From Spirochaetia bacterium (lineage in GTDB: Bacteria; Spirochaetota; Spirochaetia; UBA9216), in the NCBI GenBank assembly GCA_963675665.1, contig OY776510.1, positions 1,792,001-1,856,000 of the forward strand: a DNA stretch of 64,000 nt, in the 5' to 3' direction. This document shows positions 1-8,775 of the stretch, piece after piece. The position numbers were made by a program, and so were the translations under genes. Under the pieces are notes generated by a model. It saw only the letters and a program-made list of their open reading frames with translations. It was not told where the DNA came from and ran no database searches. Every line of letters begins with the position of its first letter. Positions within the stretch are counted from its first letter, which is position 1.

Positions 1-94
1 TTTCCGGATTGAAAACTCCATAATGGTTTGAAGAACAGGCCAGCTGGCATAATTTACAGCCTGTACATTTTGAAAGATCAAATTTTAAGGGCAT
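1..94 (-). CDS. 4Fe-4S dicluster domain protein, 5' part only (runs off the window)
   Basis: Hand translation gives MPLKFDLSKCTGCKLCQLACSSNHYGVFNPE with a CxxCxxCxxxC motif; AGGAGG RBS precedes the ATG at 94; not in the ORF track. Confidence 0.85.
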   Translation of the reverse strand, partial: MPLKFDLSKCTGCKLCQLACSSNHYGVFNPE

Positions 95-144
95 ACTACC
101 TCCTGAAAAAATTTCCAGCCATGGACGGCTGTAGTTATCAAGCG

Positions 145-208
145 GAAGTTTGGGAGTGAAACTACCAAACTTCAAAATTAAAAAAGTGCAGGGATGCGCT
201 TTTTTAAT
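145..208 (-). terminator. Two leader hairpins, candidate expression platform of the riboswitch
   Basis: Minus strand AAAAAAGCGCA-TCCC-TGCACTTTTTT (stem plus U-tract), then GAAGTTTGG...CCAAACTTC. Confidence 0.55.
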
Positions 209-305
209 TCCTCCTTTTCAAGAATGGAAGGCAGTATCGTTTCCAATCCTACCCGGCGGCCGGTCTCCATGGGAGGCTCCGTTAGGAAATAGCGGCTCGG
301 AGATT
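209..305 (-). ncRNA. Moco RNA motif (molybdenum/tungsten cofactor riboswitch candidate), probably the P3-less Tuco form
   Basis: Minus strand reads CTCCGAG..CCTAA..ATGG..GGGTAG..GGAAAC..CTGCCTTCC-ATTCTT-GAAAAGGAG, matching the Moco motif layout; lies upstream of a 4Fe-4S gene and next to a MoaD/ThiS gene. Confidence 0.8.
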
Positions 306-425
306 TCTACATTATAAATTATCTATACGGTAATGCAATTATATATTATGTGTTTCAGAAAGATATCACCATGAAGTCAGAACCATACTATAGACCAAGA
401 TTATATTACCTATTATTGTAGAATT

Positions 426-629
426 ATGATTATTGTTAACGGAAAATCCGTCGAATGGAGACCTGAACTTACATTCCAGGATGTATTTAAACAGATCGGT
501 TATACCATAAGCAACCCGCGGGTAATCGTAAAGGTAAACGGTATTACTGTTCCGAAGAACGAACGGAAAAAGTACAGTATTCCTGATTCTGCCGAAATAG
601 AGGTTATAAACACCCTGTGCGGAGGTTGA
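426..629 (+). CDS. ThiS/MoaD family sulfur carrier protein
   Basis: 67 aa, 'IIVNGK' start, C-terminal GG. Confidence 0.85.
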   Translation: MIIVNGKSVEWRPELTFQDVFKQIGYTISNPRVIVKVNGITVPKNERKKYSIPDSAEIEVINTLCGG

Positions 630-638
630 TGAAACAGC

Positions 639-2339
639 ATGAATAAAAAGATCTGGCTAACCGGCGCGCTTTCAATAGCCGTCATAATAATTACAGTTTT
701 TATTTATAACAATTTTATAACGGATAAAGATGCTGTTGCCGAAAAGCAGGCCGCAGCCGAGGCTGAACAGGCTGAAAGCCTCTCATACCGCGAACCGGGC
801 GAGGCTGATTATATCTCCCTTACTGAAGGCCGAAGCGGAATACTTGAATACTCAAATGATGTATTTTCTGCTGAATTTACAGAGTCCGGGGCCCTGCTGA
901 CCTCGCTTAAGCTGAATAAATATCTTGACGGCAGAGGTAATCCGGTAAATTTAATTTTTTCAGGCGACAGTGGCATGTCCGCTTTCACTCTTCATGACGG
1001 AGATTTTAACGGTAAGGTGATTACAGGACCTTATGAAGGCAGAATTAATGATGATAAGGTTGTTTTTACAGCTTTGTTGGAGGACGGAAACGGCAATAAG
1101 TTCAGGATTGTTAAAACCTGGGAATTTGCTGACGGCAGTTATATGTTGGGATTCAGGATTGAACTGATTTCTGTTGAGGGCGAGATTCCTCTCGGCAGCA
1201 ACGGTTACCTGTATTCGCTAGGGATTGGTCCCCAGCTCGGTCCGCCGGTTGAGAAGATGAACAGGGGTTACGTTTACCGGTATTTCTGTCTTCTGGATAA
1301 CGGAGAAAAAAGAAACGTCGGAACGCCTGAAGACAGCCTGACCCTTTCTTTGGATACGCCGTATCGCTGGCTCGGAATGGAGGGGCGGTATTTTGCGTAT
1401 GCCACAATACCGCAGCTTGATGATTACGATCCGGCCTGGGACGAGCGCCATGCAGAGGGTCTTTTTAAAAGAAATGAATACTACATTCAGCGGCCGCATG
1501 CAGCAGGGGCAGGCGGAGCAGGCTCTTTTGTATCGGATCAGTACTATATGTATTTCGGTCCGAAAGACAGGGCAGTACTTGAGTCTTTCGACAGCTCCGA
1601 TACAAACGTGTTCGGGCTTTCAGAACTTAACCTGGGGCTTCTGGCCGGAGACGGCGGGATTGTTTATGCCCTGTCGAATATTGTAAAGAATGTTTTGAAT
1701 GTTTTAAACAAGGTCGTTCCCAATTACGGTCTTGATATAATCCTCTTCGCCCTGATTATTCAGCTGCTTATTTTCCCGATTTCACGGAGAACGTATGATA
1801 ATGCAATAAGAATGCAGCTCCTTGGTCCCGGGATCGGCGAACTTAAAAAGAAATATAAATATAACGATCAGAAGATGAATGAAGAAACGATGAAGCTGTT
1901 TGAAGATAACAACGTCAAACCCCGCTCAAGTATGGTTCCTTTTGTAATACATCTTCCGTTTTTTATACTGACCTATGTTTTATTGCTGACCAATATTGAT
2001 TTCAGACTTGCCTCTTTTATTCCCGGCTGGATTAATGATATCTCTCTGCCGGAATATATACTGGATTTCTCTCCGGGCGTAATGCCGATTACCGGCTGGG
2101 ATAAAATTCGAATCCTGCCGGTGATAGCGCTGGCTGTATCCCTTGTTCAGTCAAGGTACATTCAGGCCCCGGCCGATTCCATCAGAAGTATGAGGATAAT
2201 GTCTTATCTCATTCCGGTTGTTATGTTTCTTGTTATTTATAATATGCCTTCGGGCGCTGTTCTTTACTGGCTTGCCATGACATCAACGAATCTGCTTATC
2301 CAGTGGCGGATTAAGGCCCGTTATGAAAATAAAAAATAA
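639..2339 (+). CDS. yidC: Membrane protein insertase YidC
   Basis: N-terminal anchor, periplasmic domain, NYG..II, 'YFGPK' and 'PSGAVLYW' motifs. Confidence 0.9.
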   Translation: MNKKIWLTGALSIAVIIITVFIYNNFITDKDAVAEKQAAAEAEQAESLSYREPGEADYISLTEGRSGILEYSNDVFSAEFTESGALLTSLKLNKYLDGRGNPVNLIFSGDSGMSAFTLHDGDFNGKVITGPYEGRINDDKVVFTALLEDGNGNKFRIVKTWEFADGSYMLGFRIELISVEGEIPLGSNGYLYSLGIGPQLGPPVEKMNRGYVYRYFCLLDNGEKRNVGTPEDSLTLSLDTPYRWLGMEGRYFAYATIPQLDDYDPAWDERHAEGLFKRNEYYIQRPHAAGAGGAGSFVSDQYYMYFGPKDRAVLESFDSSDTNVFGLSELNLGLLAGDGGIVYALSNIVKNVLNVLNKVVPNYGLDIILFALIIQLLIFPISRRTYDNAIRMQLLGPGIGELKKKYKYNDQKMNEETMKLFEDNNVKPRSSMVPFVIHLPFFILTYVLLLTNIDFRLASFIPGWINDISLPEYILDFSPGVMPITGWDKIRILPVIALAVSLVQSRYIQAPADSIRSMRIMSYLIPVVMFLVIYNMPSGAVLYWLAMTSTNLLIQWRIKARYENKK

Positions 2340-3243
2340 TACCCTTACAGCCGATTTGATGATCTTCTTTTCCGCCCTTCTCTGGGGCGGAGAATACGTT
2401 GTTGTTAAGGATATGCTTGATTATTTGCCTCCGAACTGGATAAACGCTTTGCGTTTTATTGCTGCAAGCCTGATAATGATACCGCTGTTCCGAAAGTATC
2501 TCCGGAGGCTGAACGCTGCCGAGCTAAAGGGCGGGGCGCTTCTCGGAGCGTTTATGTTCGGCGGGTTTACCCTGCAGACTATAGGTATTCAGTATACTAC
2601 AGCGGGAAAATCCGGGTTTCTGACATCAACTTATGTTGTTATGGTCCCTTTTATAGTATGGATATTCAAACAAAAATTCCCGGGCCTGAAATCCCTGGCA
2701 AGCGCTGTAATCCTGATTGCGGGTATTTCGCTGCTGTCGTTTGAAGGCGGCGGGGCGGGGCTTAACAAAGGCGACATGCTGACTCTTGGGGCCGCTCTTT
2801 GTTTCAGCGGAAGCATAATAGGTTTTGATTATTACTCAAAAAGATATCAGCCGATAAATCTGACCTTTGTTGAGATGCTGACAGGCGGTCTTTTGTCGCT
2901 TGTTATAGCTGTTTTTGCAGAGGATTTTCCCTCTTTCAGGGGGTACGGCGGGATGGAAATCTTTCAGATTCTGTATCTAGTTCTTCTTGGCTCGCTGCTT
3001 TGTCATGTACTTTCGAATGTGGCCATGAAATGGGCTGAACCGACCCATGCATCTATTCTGTGGTCGCTGGAATCGGTTTTTGCGTTGATCTTCGGAGTTA
3101 TTTTTCTTCATGAAACCATTAATCTCAGAATGTCCTTCGGGTTTGTGCTTGTGCTGATTGCCGTTGTTCTGACCGAAACGGGGGACGAGATAGCTTCGCA
3201 ATTCCGCGGGGTTATCTCGGCGGACCGAAAACGGAAAATATAA
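2323..3243 (+). CDS. DMT/EamA family transporter
   Basis: About 10 TM segments in two EamA repeats. Confidence 0.9.
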   Translation: MKIKNNTLTADLMIFFSALLWGGEYVVVKDMLDYLPPNWINALRFIAASLIMIPLFRKYLRRLNAAELKGGALLGAFMFGGFTLQTIGIQYTTAGKSGFLTSTYVVMVPFIVWIFKQKFPGLKSLASAVILIAGISLLSFEGGGAGLNKGDMLTLGAALCFSGSIIGFDYYSKRYQPINLTFVEMLTGGLLSLVIAVFAEDFPSFRGYGGMEIFQILYLVLLGSLLCHVLSNVAMKWAEPTHASILWSLESVFALIFGVIFLHETINLRMSFGFVLVLIAVVLTETGDEIASQFRGVISADRKRKI

Positions 3244-3299
3244 TATCTCCGGAATTAACCAGGTATAATGATCTTTTATTTTCTTTTATCTTCTTTTCC

Positions 3300-3360
3300 T
3301 TGCAAAAACAAATAACTAATGGTATCCTGAAAACGTTACCGGTATCGTTTCCAGGATACC
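3300..3360 (+). promoter_or_regulatory. Sigma70-like promoter overlapped by a 40-bp near-palindromic LacI-type operator
   Basis: TTGCAA-N17-TATCCT; GGTATCCTGAAAACGTTACC|GGTATCGTTTCCAGGATACC at 3321-3360 (2 mismatches). Confidence 0.75.
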
Positions 3361-3378
3361 GTGATAAAAGCAGGAAGT

Positions 3379-4383
3379 ATGACAGCTACAATTCGGGATA
3401 TAGCAGAGTATGCAGGGGTTTCAGTTTCAACAGTTTCAAGAGTTTTAAACGATAAACCTGATGTAAAAGAAGAAACCAGGCAGAAAGTTAATGAAGCAAT
3501 AAACAGGCTTGGTTACAGCCCGAATCTGGCTGCCAGGGGGTTGGTTCTTCAGAAAGCCAGCGTGATAGGTTTTATCACATCGGACATTACCAATCCGAAT
3601 TTTCCCGAACTGGCACGCGGGGTAGTTGCCCAGGCAAGAAAACATGGTTTTTCAGTAATGTTCTTTGATGCCAATAAAGACAGCAGGGTAGAGAAGGAGG
3701 CGATTGAGCTTCTCAGAAGCAAACAGGTCGACGGAATAATTCTTAATTTCGGCGAAACAGTTTCTGATGAATTGAAAAAGCTTAAAGCCGAGAATTTCCC
3801 CATAGTGCAAATTTACCGCAGAAAGGTCAGCACGGGGATATCAACGGTAGCTCTTGATAATATCGGGTCGGGCTATGCTGCGACATCATATCTTGCGGAA
3901 TTGGGGCACTGGAGAATCGGACATATTACCACAGGGGAAGGTTTTCAGTCGGGTTACGAAAGGCTGAAAGGTTATCGGAAGGGACTTTCGGGCGCCGGAA
4001 TAAGTTTCAATACTGCGCTTGTCCAGGTGGGAGTTAACAGTATTGATTCCGGCAAGGAATGCATGATGAACCTGCTGAAACTTGATCAGAAGCCGACCGC
4101 TGTATTTGTTTCGCATGATGTTATGGCCGTAGGCGCATATGAAGCAATATATTCAGCAGGGCTTAACATTCCCGAAGATATATCGGTAGTAGGACATGAT
4201 AATAATATCCTGTCCAGATCAGTCTGGCCGAGGCTTACAACAATTGATACGCATAAAAGCGAATTGGGAAAAGCAGGCGTCGATCTTCTTATTGAAGAGA
4301 TTGAGAATGAAGCGCCGTTAAATGAAGAAAGGGTTTTTGCAAGCGAATTGATTATCAGAAAGTCCTGTCGGTCGATTGTTTGA
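3379..4383 (+). CDS. LacI family transcriptional regulator
   Basis: TIRDIAEYAGVSVSTVSRVLN HTH plus PBP-like effector domain; ATG 3379 preferred over GTG 3361. Confidence 0.95.
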   Translation: MTATIRDIAEYAGVSVSTVSRVLNDKPDVKEETRQKVNEAINRLGYSPNLAARGLVLQKASVIGFITSDITNPNFPELARGVVAQARKHGFSVMFFDANKDSRVEKEAIELLRSKQVDGIILNFGETVSDELKKLKAENFPIVQIYRRKVSTGISTVALDNIGSGYAATSYLAELGHWRIGHITTGEGFQSGYERLKGYRKGLSGAGISFNTALVQVGVNSIDSGKECMMNLLKLDQKPTAVFVSHDVMAVGAYEAIYSAGLNIPEDISVVGHDNNILSRSVWPRLTTIDTHKSELGKAGVDLLIEEIENEAPLNEERVFASELIIRKSCRSIV

Positions 4384-4432
4384 GATTCAGGTTATGAAAA
4401 AAAACAGGCGATTGCTGTTTGATTTTTTTATA

Positions 4433-4470
4433 TTTTATTGAAAACGTTACCGGTAACGTTTTCAATAAAA
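4433..4470. promoter_or_regulatory. Perfect 38-bp palindrome, double LacI-type operator
   Basis: TTTTATTGAAAACGTTACC|GGTAACGTTTTCAATAAAA; same core as 3321-3360. Confidence 0.8.
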
Positions 4471-4503
4471 AAATGAATAAGGGATTATCCTTAAGGAGAT
4501 TTT

Positions 4504-5490
4504 GTGGTTTCAGAAAAGGATTTTATAGACAGATCTGTGGCGGCCATGGCGGCTCTTGGAATCGGCGATGCTGCGGGAGATTTGGGCAGGGATGATGCGG
4601 TTCGCCAGAAATTCGGCATAGTAACAAAACTGCTTCCCGAAGGGAAGAGTACCGATGATACGGAATTTACCGTACTTGCCGCACGCGCATTACTTGACAA
4701 CAGGGAAGACTTCACTCCGGCAGCAGTGGCCGACACATGGCGCAGGCTTGTTCTTTCGGACGGCGGCGCCAGGGAAAGGGGCGGTACGCCGCTATACGGA
4801 GCCTTATGGAATCTGTCGCAGGGTATTGAACCTCCGCTTTCGGGACAGGACAATACGCTGAATATAGACGACGGTGCGGCAATGAGGGCAGTACCCTTCG
4901 GTATTTTTTCCGGCGGAGATCCGAATGAAGCGGCACGCCTTGCCGGTATTGATGCATGTGTGAGTCATGATAAAGACGGCATCTGGGCCGCCCAGGCGAT
5001 TGCCGCCAGTGTTGCTGCGGCAATCGCCGGAGCAGCGCCGGATGATGTTGTTTCGACGGGGCTGAAGTTTATACCTGCAGACAGCTGGCTCGGACGACGC
5101 ATGAAACAGATGTCTGCAATTCTGGATGAAACTGATGATCCGTTTGAAAGATACGAAGCTCTTCATTCACGGTTATGGGCTCCGAGGCATTCCGTTTCGC
5201 CGGAAGCGATTCCCCAGATTTATGCTCTTTACAGAATGGCAAACGGAGATTTCAGGAAGGGGTTTATTCTTTCGGCCAATTTCGGCAGGGATGCAGACAC
5301 CGTCTGTGCTCTTGTGCTGGCTCTATGTGCAGCCGGTCAGGGGCAGTCCGTAATTCCGGATGAATGGATAGAGCAGGTCAGAAAACCTGCAGGGGTTTGT
5401 CTCGGATTCACCGTTAATGAAGATCTTGTTGATTTGGGAAAGCGGCTTGCAGAAGCTGCTTTGGAAGATGTCTCAAAGAGGAAAAAATGA
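4504..5490 (+). CDS. ADP-ribosylglycohydrolase family protein
   Basis: GDAAG, STDDTE and GRDADT metal-binding motifs; DGAAMRA. Confidence 0.9.
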   Translation: MVSEKDFIDRSVAAMAALGIGDAAGDLGRDDAVRQKFGIVTKLLPEGKSTDDTEFTVLAARALLDNREDFTPAAVADTWRRLVLSDGGARERGGTPLYGALWNLSQGIEPPLSGQDNTLNIDDGAAMRAVPFGIFSGGDPNEAARLAGIDACVSHDKDGIWAAQAIAASVAAAIAGAAPDDVVSTGLKFIPADSWLGRRMKQMSAILDETDDPFERYEALHSRLWAPRHSVSPEAIPQIYALYRMANGDFRKGFILSANFGRDADTVCALVLALCAAGQGQSVIPDEWIEQVRKPAGVCLGFTVNEDLVDLGKRLAEAALEDVSKRKK

Positions 5491-6386
5491 AAAAGGAATT
5501 GAGAAAGAAAATTTACCGGGACCGATATTTATATTTAATACTTCTGCCCGTCATGCTTTTCTTTGTCATCTGGCATTATGTTCCCATGTGGGGCGCGCGT
5601 ATAGCGTTTCAGGATATTAAATATATCGGAGCTAACGAGTGGGTCGGATTAAAGCATTTTCGTATACTTTTTTCTTCTCCCGTGTTTTTCAGGGTTTTTA
5701 TGAATACGCTGGTTATAAGCGCGATGAAAATTCTTCTTCTATTTCCGCTTCCGATTATACTTGCTTTCTTGTTTAATGAAGTCAGAAGTGCGGGATACAG
5801 AAGGATGCTGCAGAGTGTAATATATATTCCCCATTTTCTTTCATGGGTTGTTATCGCAGGTATTTTTATTTCACTGCTTGCTTCACCGGCCGGGGTTGTA
5901 AATAAAATTATTATTTTCTTCGGCGGCGAACCTGTTCCCTTTATGACTTCCACTTCACATATCCGCTGGGTTTTTGTTGTTTCGGAAGCCTGGAGAAGTA
6001 TCGGTTGGGATTCAATTCTATATATAGCGGCAATAAATAATATCAGTCCCGTTCTCTATGATGCTGCAGAAGTTGACGGTGCAAACAAATGGCAGCAGGC
6101 TGTTTCTATTACGCTGCCGGCGATTCTTCCCACCATTATCACCGTATTCATACTAAATCTCGGTTTTTTTATGAATGCCGGCTTTGATCAGGTCTTCAAT
6201 ATGATGAACGATGCGGTTATCAACAGTGTGGATATTATCGACACTTATGTTTACAGGGTTGGACTTATTAAAGGTAATTTTTCTCTCGGCACCGCCGCAG
6301 GTTTGTTTAAGGGCTGCATCGGGCTGGTGCTTGTTCTGTCCACGGACAGGTTGAGCCGCAAGGTTTCCGGGGAGGGTGTATGGTAG
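5487..6386 (+). CDS. Carbohydrate ABC transporter permease (LplB/YteP-like)
   Basis: PHFLSWVV; LYDAAEVDGA EAA loop. Confidence 0.92.
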   Translation: MKKELRKKIYRDRYLYLILLPVMLFFVIWHYVPMWGARIAFQDIKYIGANEWVGLKHFRILFSSPVFFRVFMNTLVISAMKILLLFPLPIILAFLFNEVRSAGYRRMLQSVIYIPHFLSWVVIAGIFISLLASPAGVVNKIIIFFGGEPVPFMTSTSHIRWVFVVSEAWRSIGWDSILYIAAINNISPVLYDAAEVDGANKWQQAVSITLPAILPTIITVFILNLGFFMNAGFDQVFNMMNDAVINSVDIIDTYVYRVGLIKGNFSLGTAAGLFKGCIGLVLVLSTDRLSRKVSGEGVW

Positions 6387-7270
6387 GAAGGCGGAGAAGG
6401 AATACCCTTGTATATATTATTATTCTTGTTGTTCTCGGAATACTTGCGCTGGTAATGATCTATCCAATCTATAACCAACTGGTTATTTCGCTTACCGGTT
6501 CGGAATATATTGCTGAAGCGGACGGAACCACATTGATTCCACGTGATTTTACTATTGATACATATAAACATGTTCTGGCTATTCCCAAAGTTTACCGCGG
6601 TATCCTAAACAGTTTACTGATTACCGGTCTGGGTTTGTTTGTAAATATAGTCCTGTCAAGTATGGGAGCATATGTTTTGATAAACAAGGACCTGGCCGGT
6701 CGTCAGGTTTTCATGACGATGATTGTAATCACAATGATTTTTGAAGCAGGACTTATTCCCGATTATTTTCTGATGAAAGATCTTCACCTGCTGAACAGGT
6801 ACTGGTCGGTTGTTTTGTATAAAGCGGTTAATCCTTATTACCTGATTATACTGATGCGGTTTTTTACCGCTGTTCCGAAATCCCTGATTGAAGCGGCCAG
6901 AATAGACGGATACGGAGATTTTAGGATTTTATTTAAAATCGTAATTCCTATAAGTATTCCCGGAATAGTAACTATCAGCCTCTTTTACGGTGTTTTTCAC
7001 TGGAACGAATATTTCAGAGCCATGATATACCTGACGGATGAAGCTAAATGGCCGTTGCAGGTAATATTGAGAGAATTGATTGTGTCCATGGAAAAGGCCG
7101 CGTTCATAGGCGGAACAAATTTCCAGAGACTTACAGGCGCGGCTGCAATAGATTTTAAAGCTATAAAAGCGTCGCTGATTATTATTGCAATTCTGCCGAT
7201 TCTTGTTTTCTATCCCTTTATCCTGCGTTATTTCGTAAAGGGCCGGACTTCAGGAGCGGTAAAAGAATAG
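6380..7270 (+). CDS. Carbohydrate ABC transporter permease
   Basis: EAARIDG loop; WNEYF; KWPLQ. Confidence 0.92.
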   Translation: MVGRRRRNTLVYIIILVVLGILALVMIYPIYNQLVISLTGSEYIAEADGTTLIPRDFTIDTYKHVLAIPKVYRGILNSLLITGLGLFVNIVLSSMGAYVLINKDLAGRQVFMTMIVITMIFEAGLIPDYFLMKDLHLLNRYWSVVLYKAVNPYYLIILMRFFTAVPKSLIEAARIDGYGDFRILFKIVIPISIPGIVTISLFYGVFHWNEYFRAMIYLTDEAKWPLQVILRELIVSMEKAAFIGGTNFQRLTGAAAIDFKAIKASLIIIAILPILVFYPFILRYFVKGRTSGAVKE

Positions 7271-7300
7271 AAAAGTCAACCATATTTCAGGAGGTTACGT

Positions 7301-8707
7301 ATGAAAAAAATTGTAGTAGCGGGATTGATTCTTCTGACAGTGCTTTCCGGTGTTTTTGCCGGAGGGGCCCAGGAAGAAGCCGTTGCCCAGGATGGTGTTA
7401 CTACTATCCGAATTGTCGCCAAGGATTTTCCGGCTTCGGATCCGGCAAACATTGCGCATCTGAGGCAGATCGAAACAGCGTTTGAGTCGTATTCAGGCAA
7501 GAAGATTGCACTGGAACTTGTACCGGTTCCGGAGGGAGCATACTCAGAGAAGGTTAACCTTATGCTGCTTTCCGGTGATATTCCCGATCTGATCTATTTT
7601 CAGGGAGGCGATGATGTAATTGCCAACCAGGGGCTTCTTGTAGACCTTGGCCCGTATGTTGAAAAATCTCCGGTCATGCAGAATGTATTGATGGATTTCA
7701 ACAAACAGAGGCTGGAAAACTATCCTTACCTGCTCTGGCTTGCTCCTCCCCGTGCCCGTACTGCATTGGTAAGAGACGACTGGTTTAAAGAGGCGGGCGG
7801 AAAAATCCCCGTAACGGTTGATGATTATTATAAATTGTTCACAGCAATTAAAAAGAATCATCCTGATGTACCCGTAATGACGGATACAGGCAATACCGAT
7901 CGAATGGATTATACTTTTAACCATGCATTCGGGCTTACGGCAACCTGGGTGAAAGAAAACGGCGGGTATGTTTATAATAAGGTCAGTTCCGGAAGCAGGG
8001 ACAAGCTTGCTTTTTATCAGAAACTTTTTGCCGAAGGTCTTCTGGATTCCGAATACGTTACTACCAAATGGGACACCATGGAAGACAAGTTTTATACCGG
8101 CAGAGTTGCCCTTGTTTACGGTACGGCAGGTATTGTTCTTGACATCTATGGAAACAAGCTGATAGAGACTCAGGGCACTGATGTTGTTGCCCTGCCGCCG
8201 GCAAAAGGTGTAGGCCGGGGATATGCTGTATCATCGGCTAAAGAAACAAGAGGTTGGGCGATAAGTTCCACATCAGAGCATCCGGACCTGGTCTTTGAAC
8301 TGCTTGAGTTTCTTGCTACCGACGAGGGGCAGTATCTTGACAGATACGGTATTGAGGGAACACATTATAATATGGAGAACGGAAAGGTTGTATTTACCGA
8401 CGAAAAAGCAAACTGGTGGCCCCACTTCCATGAAGTAATGAGCTGGGAAGCTCCCACTCCCCTGCTTGGCCCTGCCGGTCTGAAAGGCTGGGAATTTATA
8501 CAGAAATATTCAGTCGGAGATCCGGATTTTCCGATTCCCGAAGAACTGTCTCCAACATGGGATGCTCTTGAGAATCTTTACAAGGAATACAGTTACAAGA
8601 TTATCAGCGGTGAATACGGTATCGACAAATTTGATGAGTTCAAAGCTGAATGGTATAAACTCGGCGGCGATAAGGTAACAGCTTATGCCAATGAAGTTTT
8701 AAAATAA
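7301..8707 (+). CDS. Carbohydrate ABC transporter substrate-binding protein
   Basis: Signal peptide ending FAGGAQE; SGDIPDL; YGIEGTHY. Confidence 0.9.
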   Translation: MKKIVVAGLILLTVLSGVFAGGAQEEAVAQDGVTTIRIVAKDFPASDPANIAHLRQIETAFESYSGKKIALELVPVPEGAYSEKVNLMLLSGDIPDLIYFQGGDDVIANQGLLVDLGPYVEKSPVMQNVLMDFNKQRLENYPYLLWLAPPRARTALVRDDWFKEAGGKIPVTVDDYYKLFTAIKKNHPDVPVMTDTGNTDRMDYTFNHAFGLTATWVKENGGYVYNKVSSGSRDKLAFYQKLFAEGLLDSEYVTTKWDTMEDKFYTGRVALVYGTAGIVLDIYGNKLIETQGTDVVALPPAKGVGRGYAVSSAKETRGWAISSTSEHPDLVFELLEFLATDEGQYLDRYGIEGTHYNMENGKVVFTDEKANWWPHFHEVMSWEAPTPLLGPAGLKGWEFIQKYSVGDPDFPIPEELSPTWDALENLYKEYSYKIISGEYGIDKFDEFKAEWYKLGGDKVTAYANEVLK

Positions 8708-8775
8708 TTTTTAATTATCAGGAAAAGGGCCCGGGAGGAACTCTTCCGGGCTTTAATTTACGGAGGTGAAAATCA

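Noticed and set aside
426-629. ThiS as part of a ubiquitin-like anti-phage system
   Set aside because: No E1, E2 or JAB genes nearby; the Moco riboswitch context explains it
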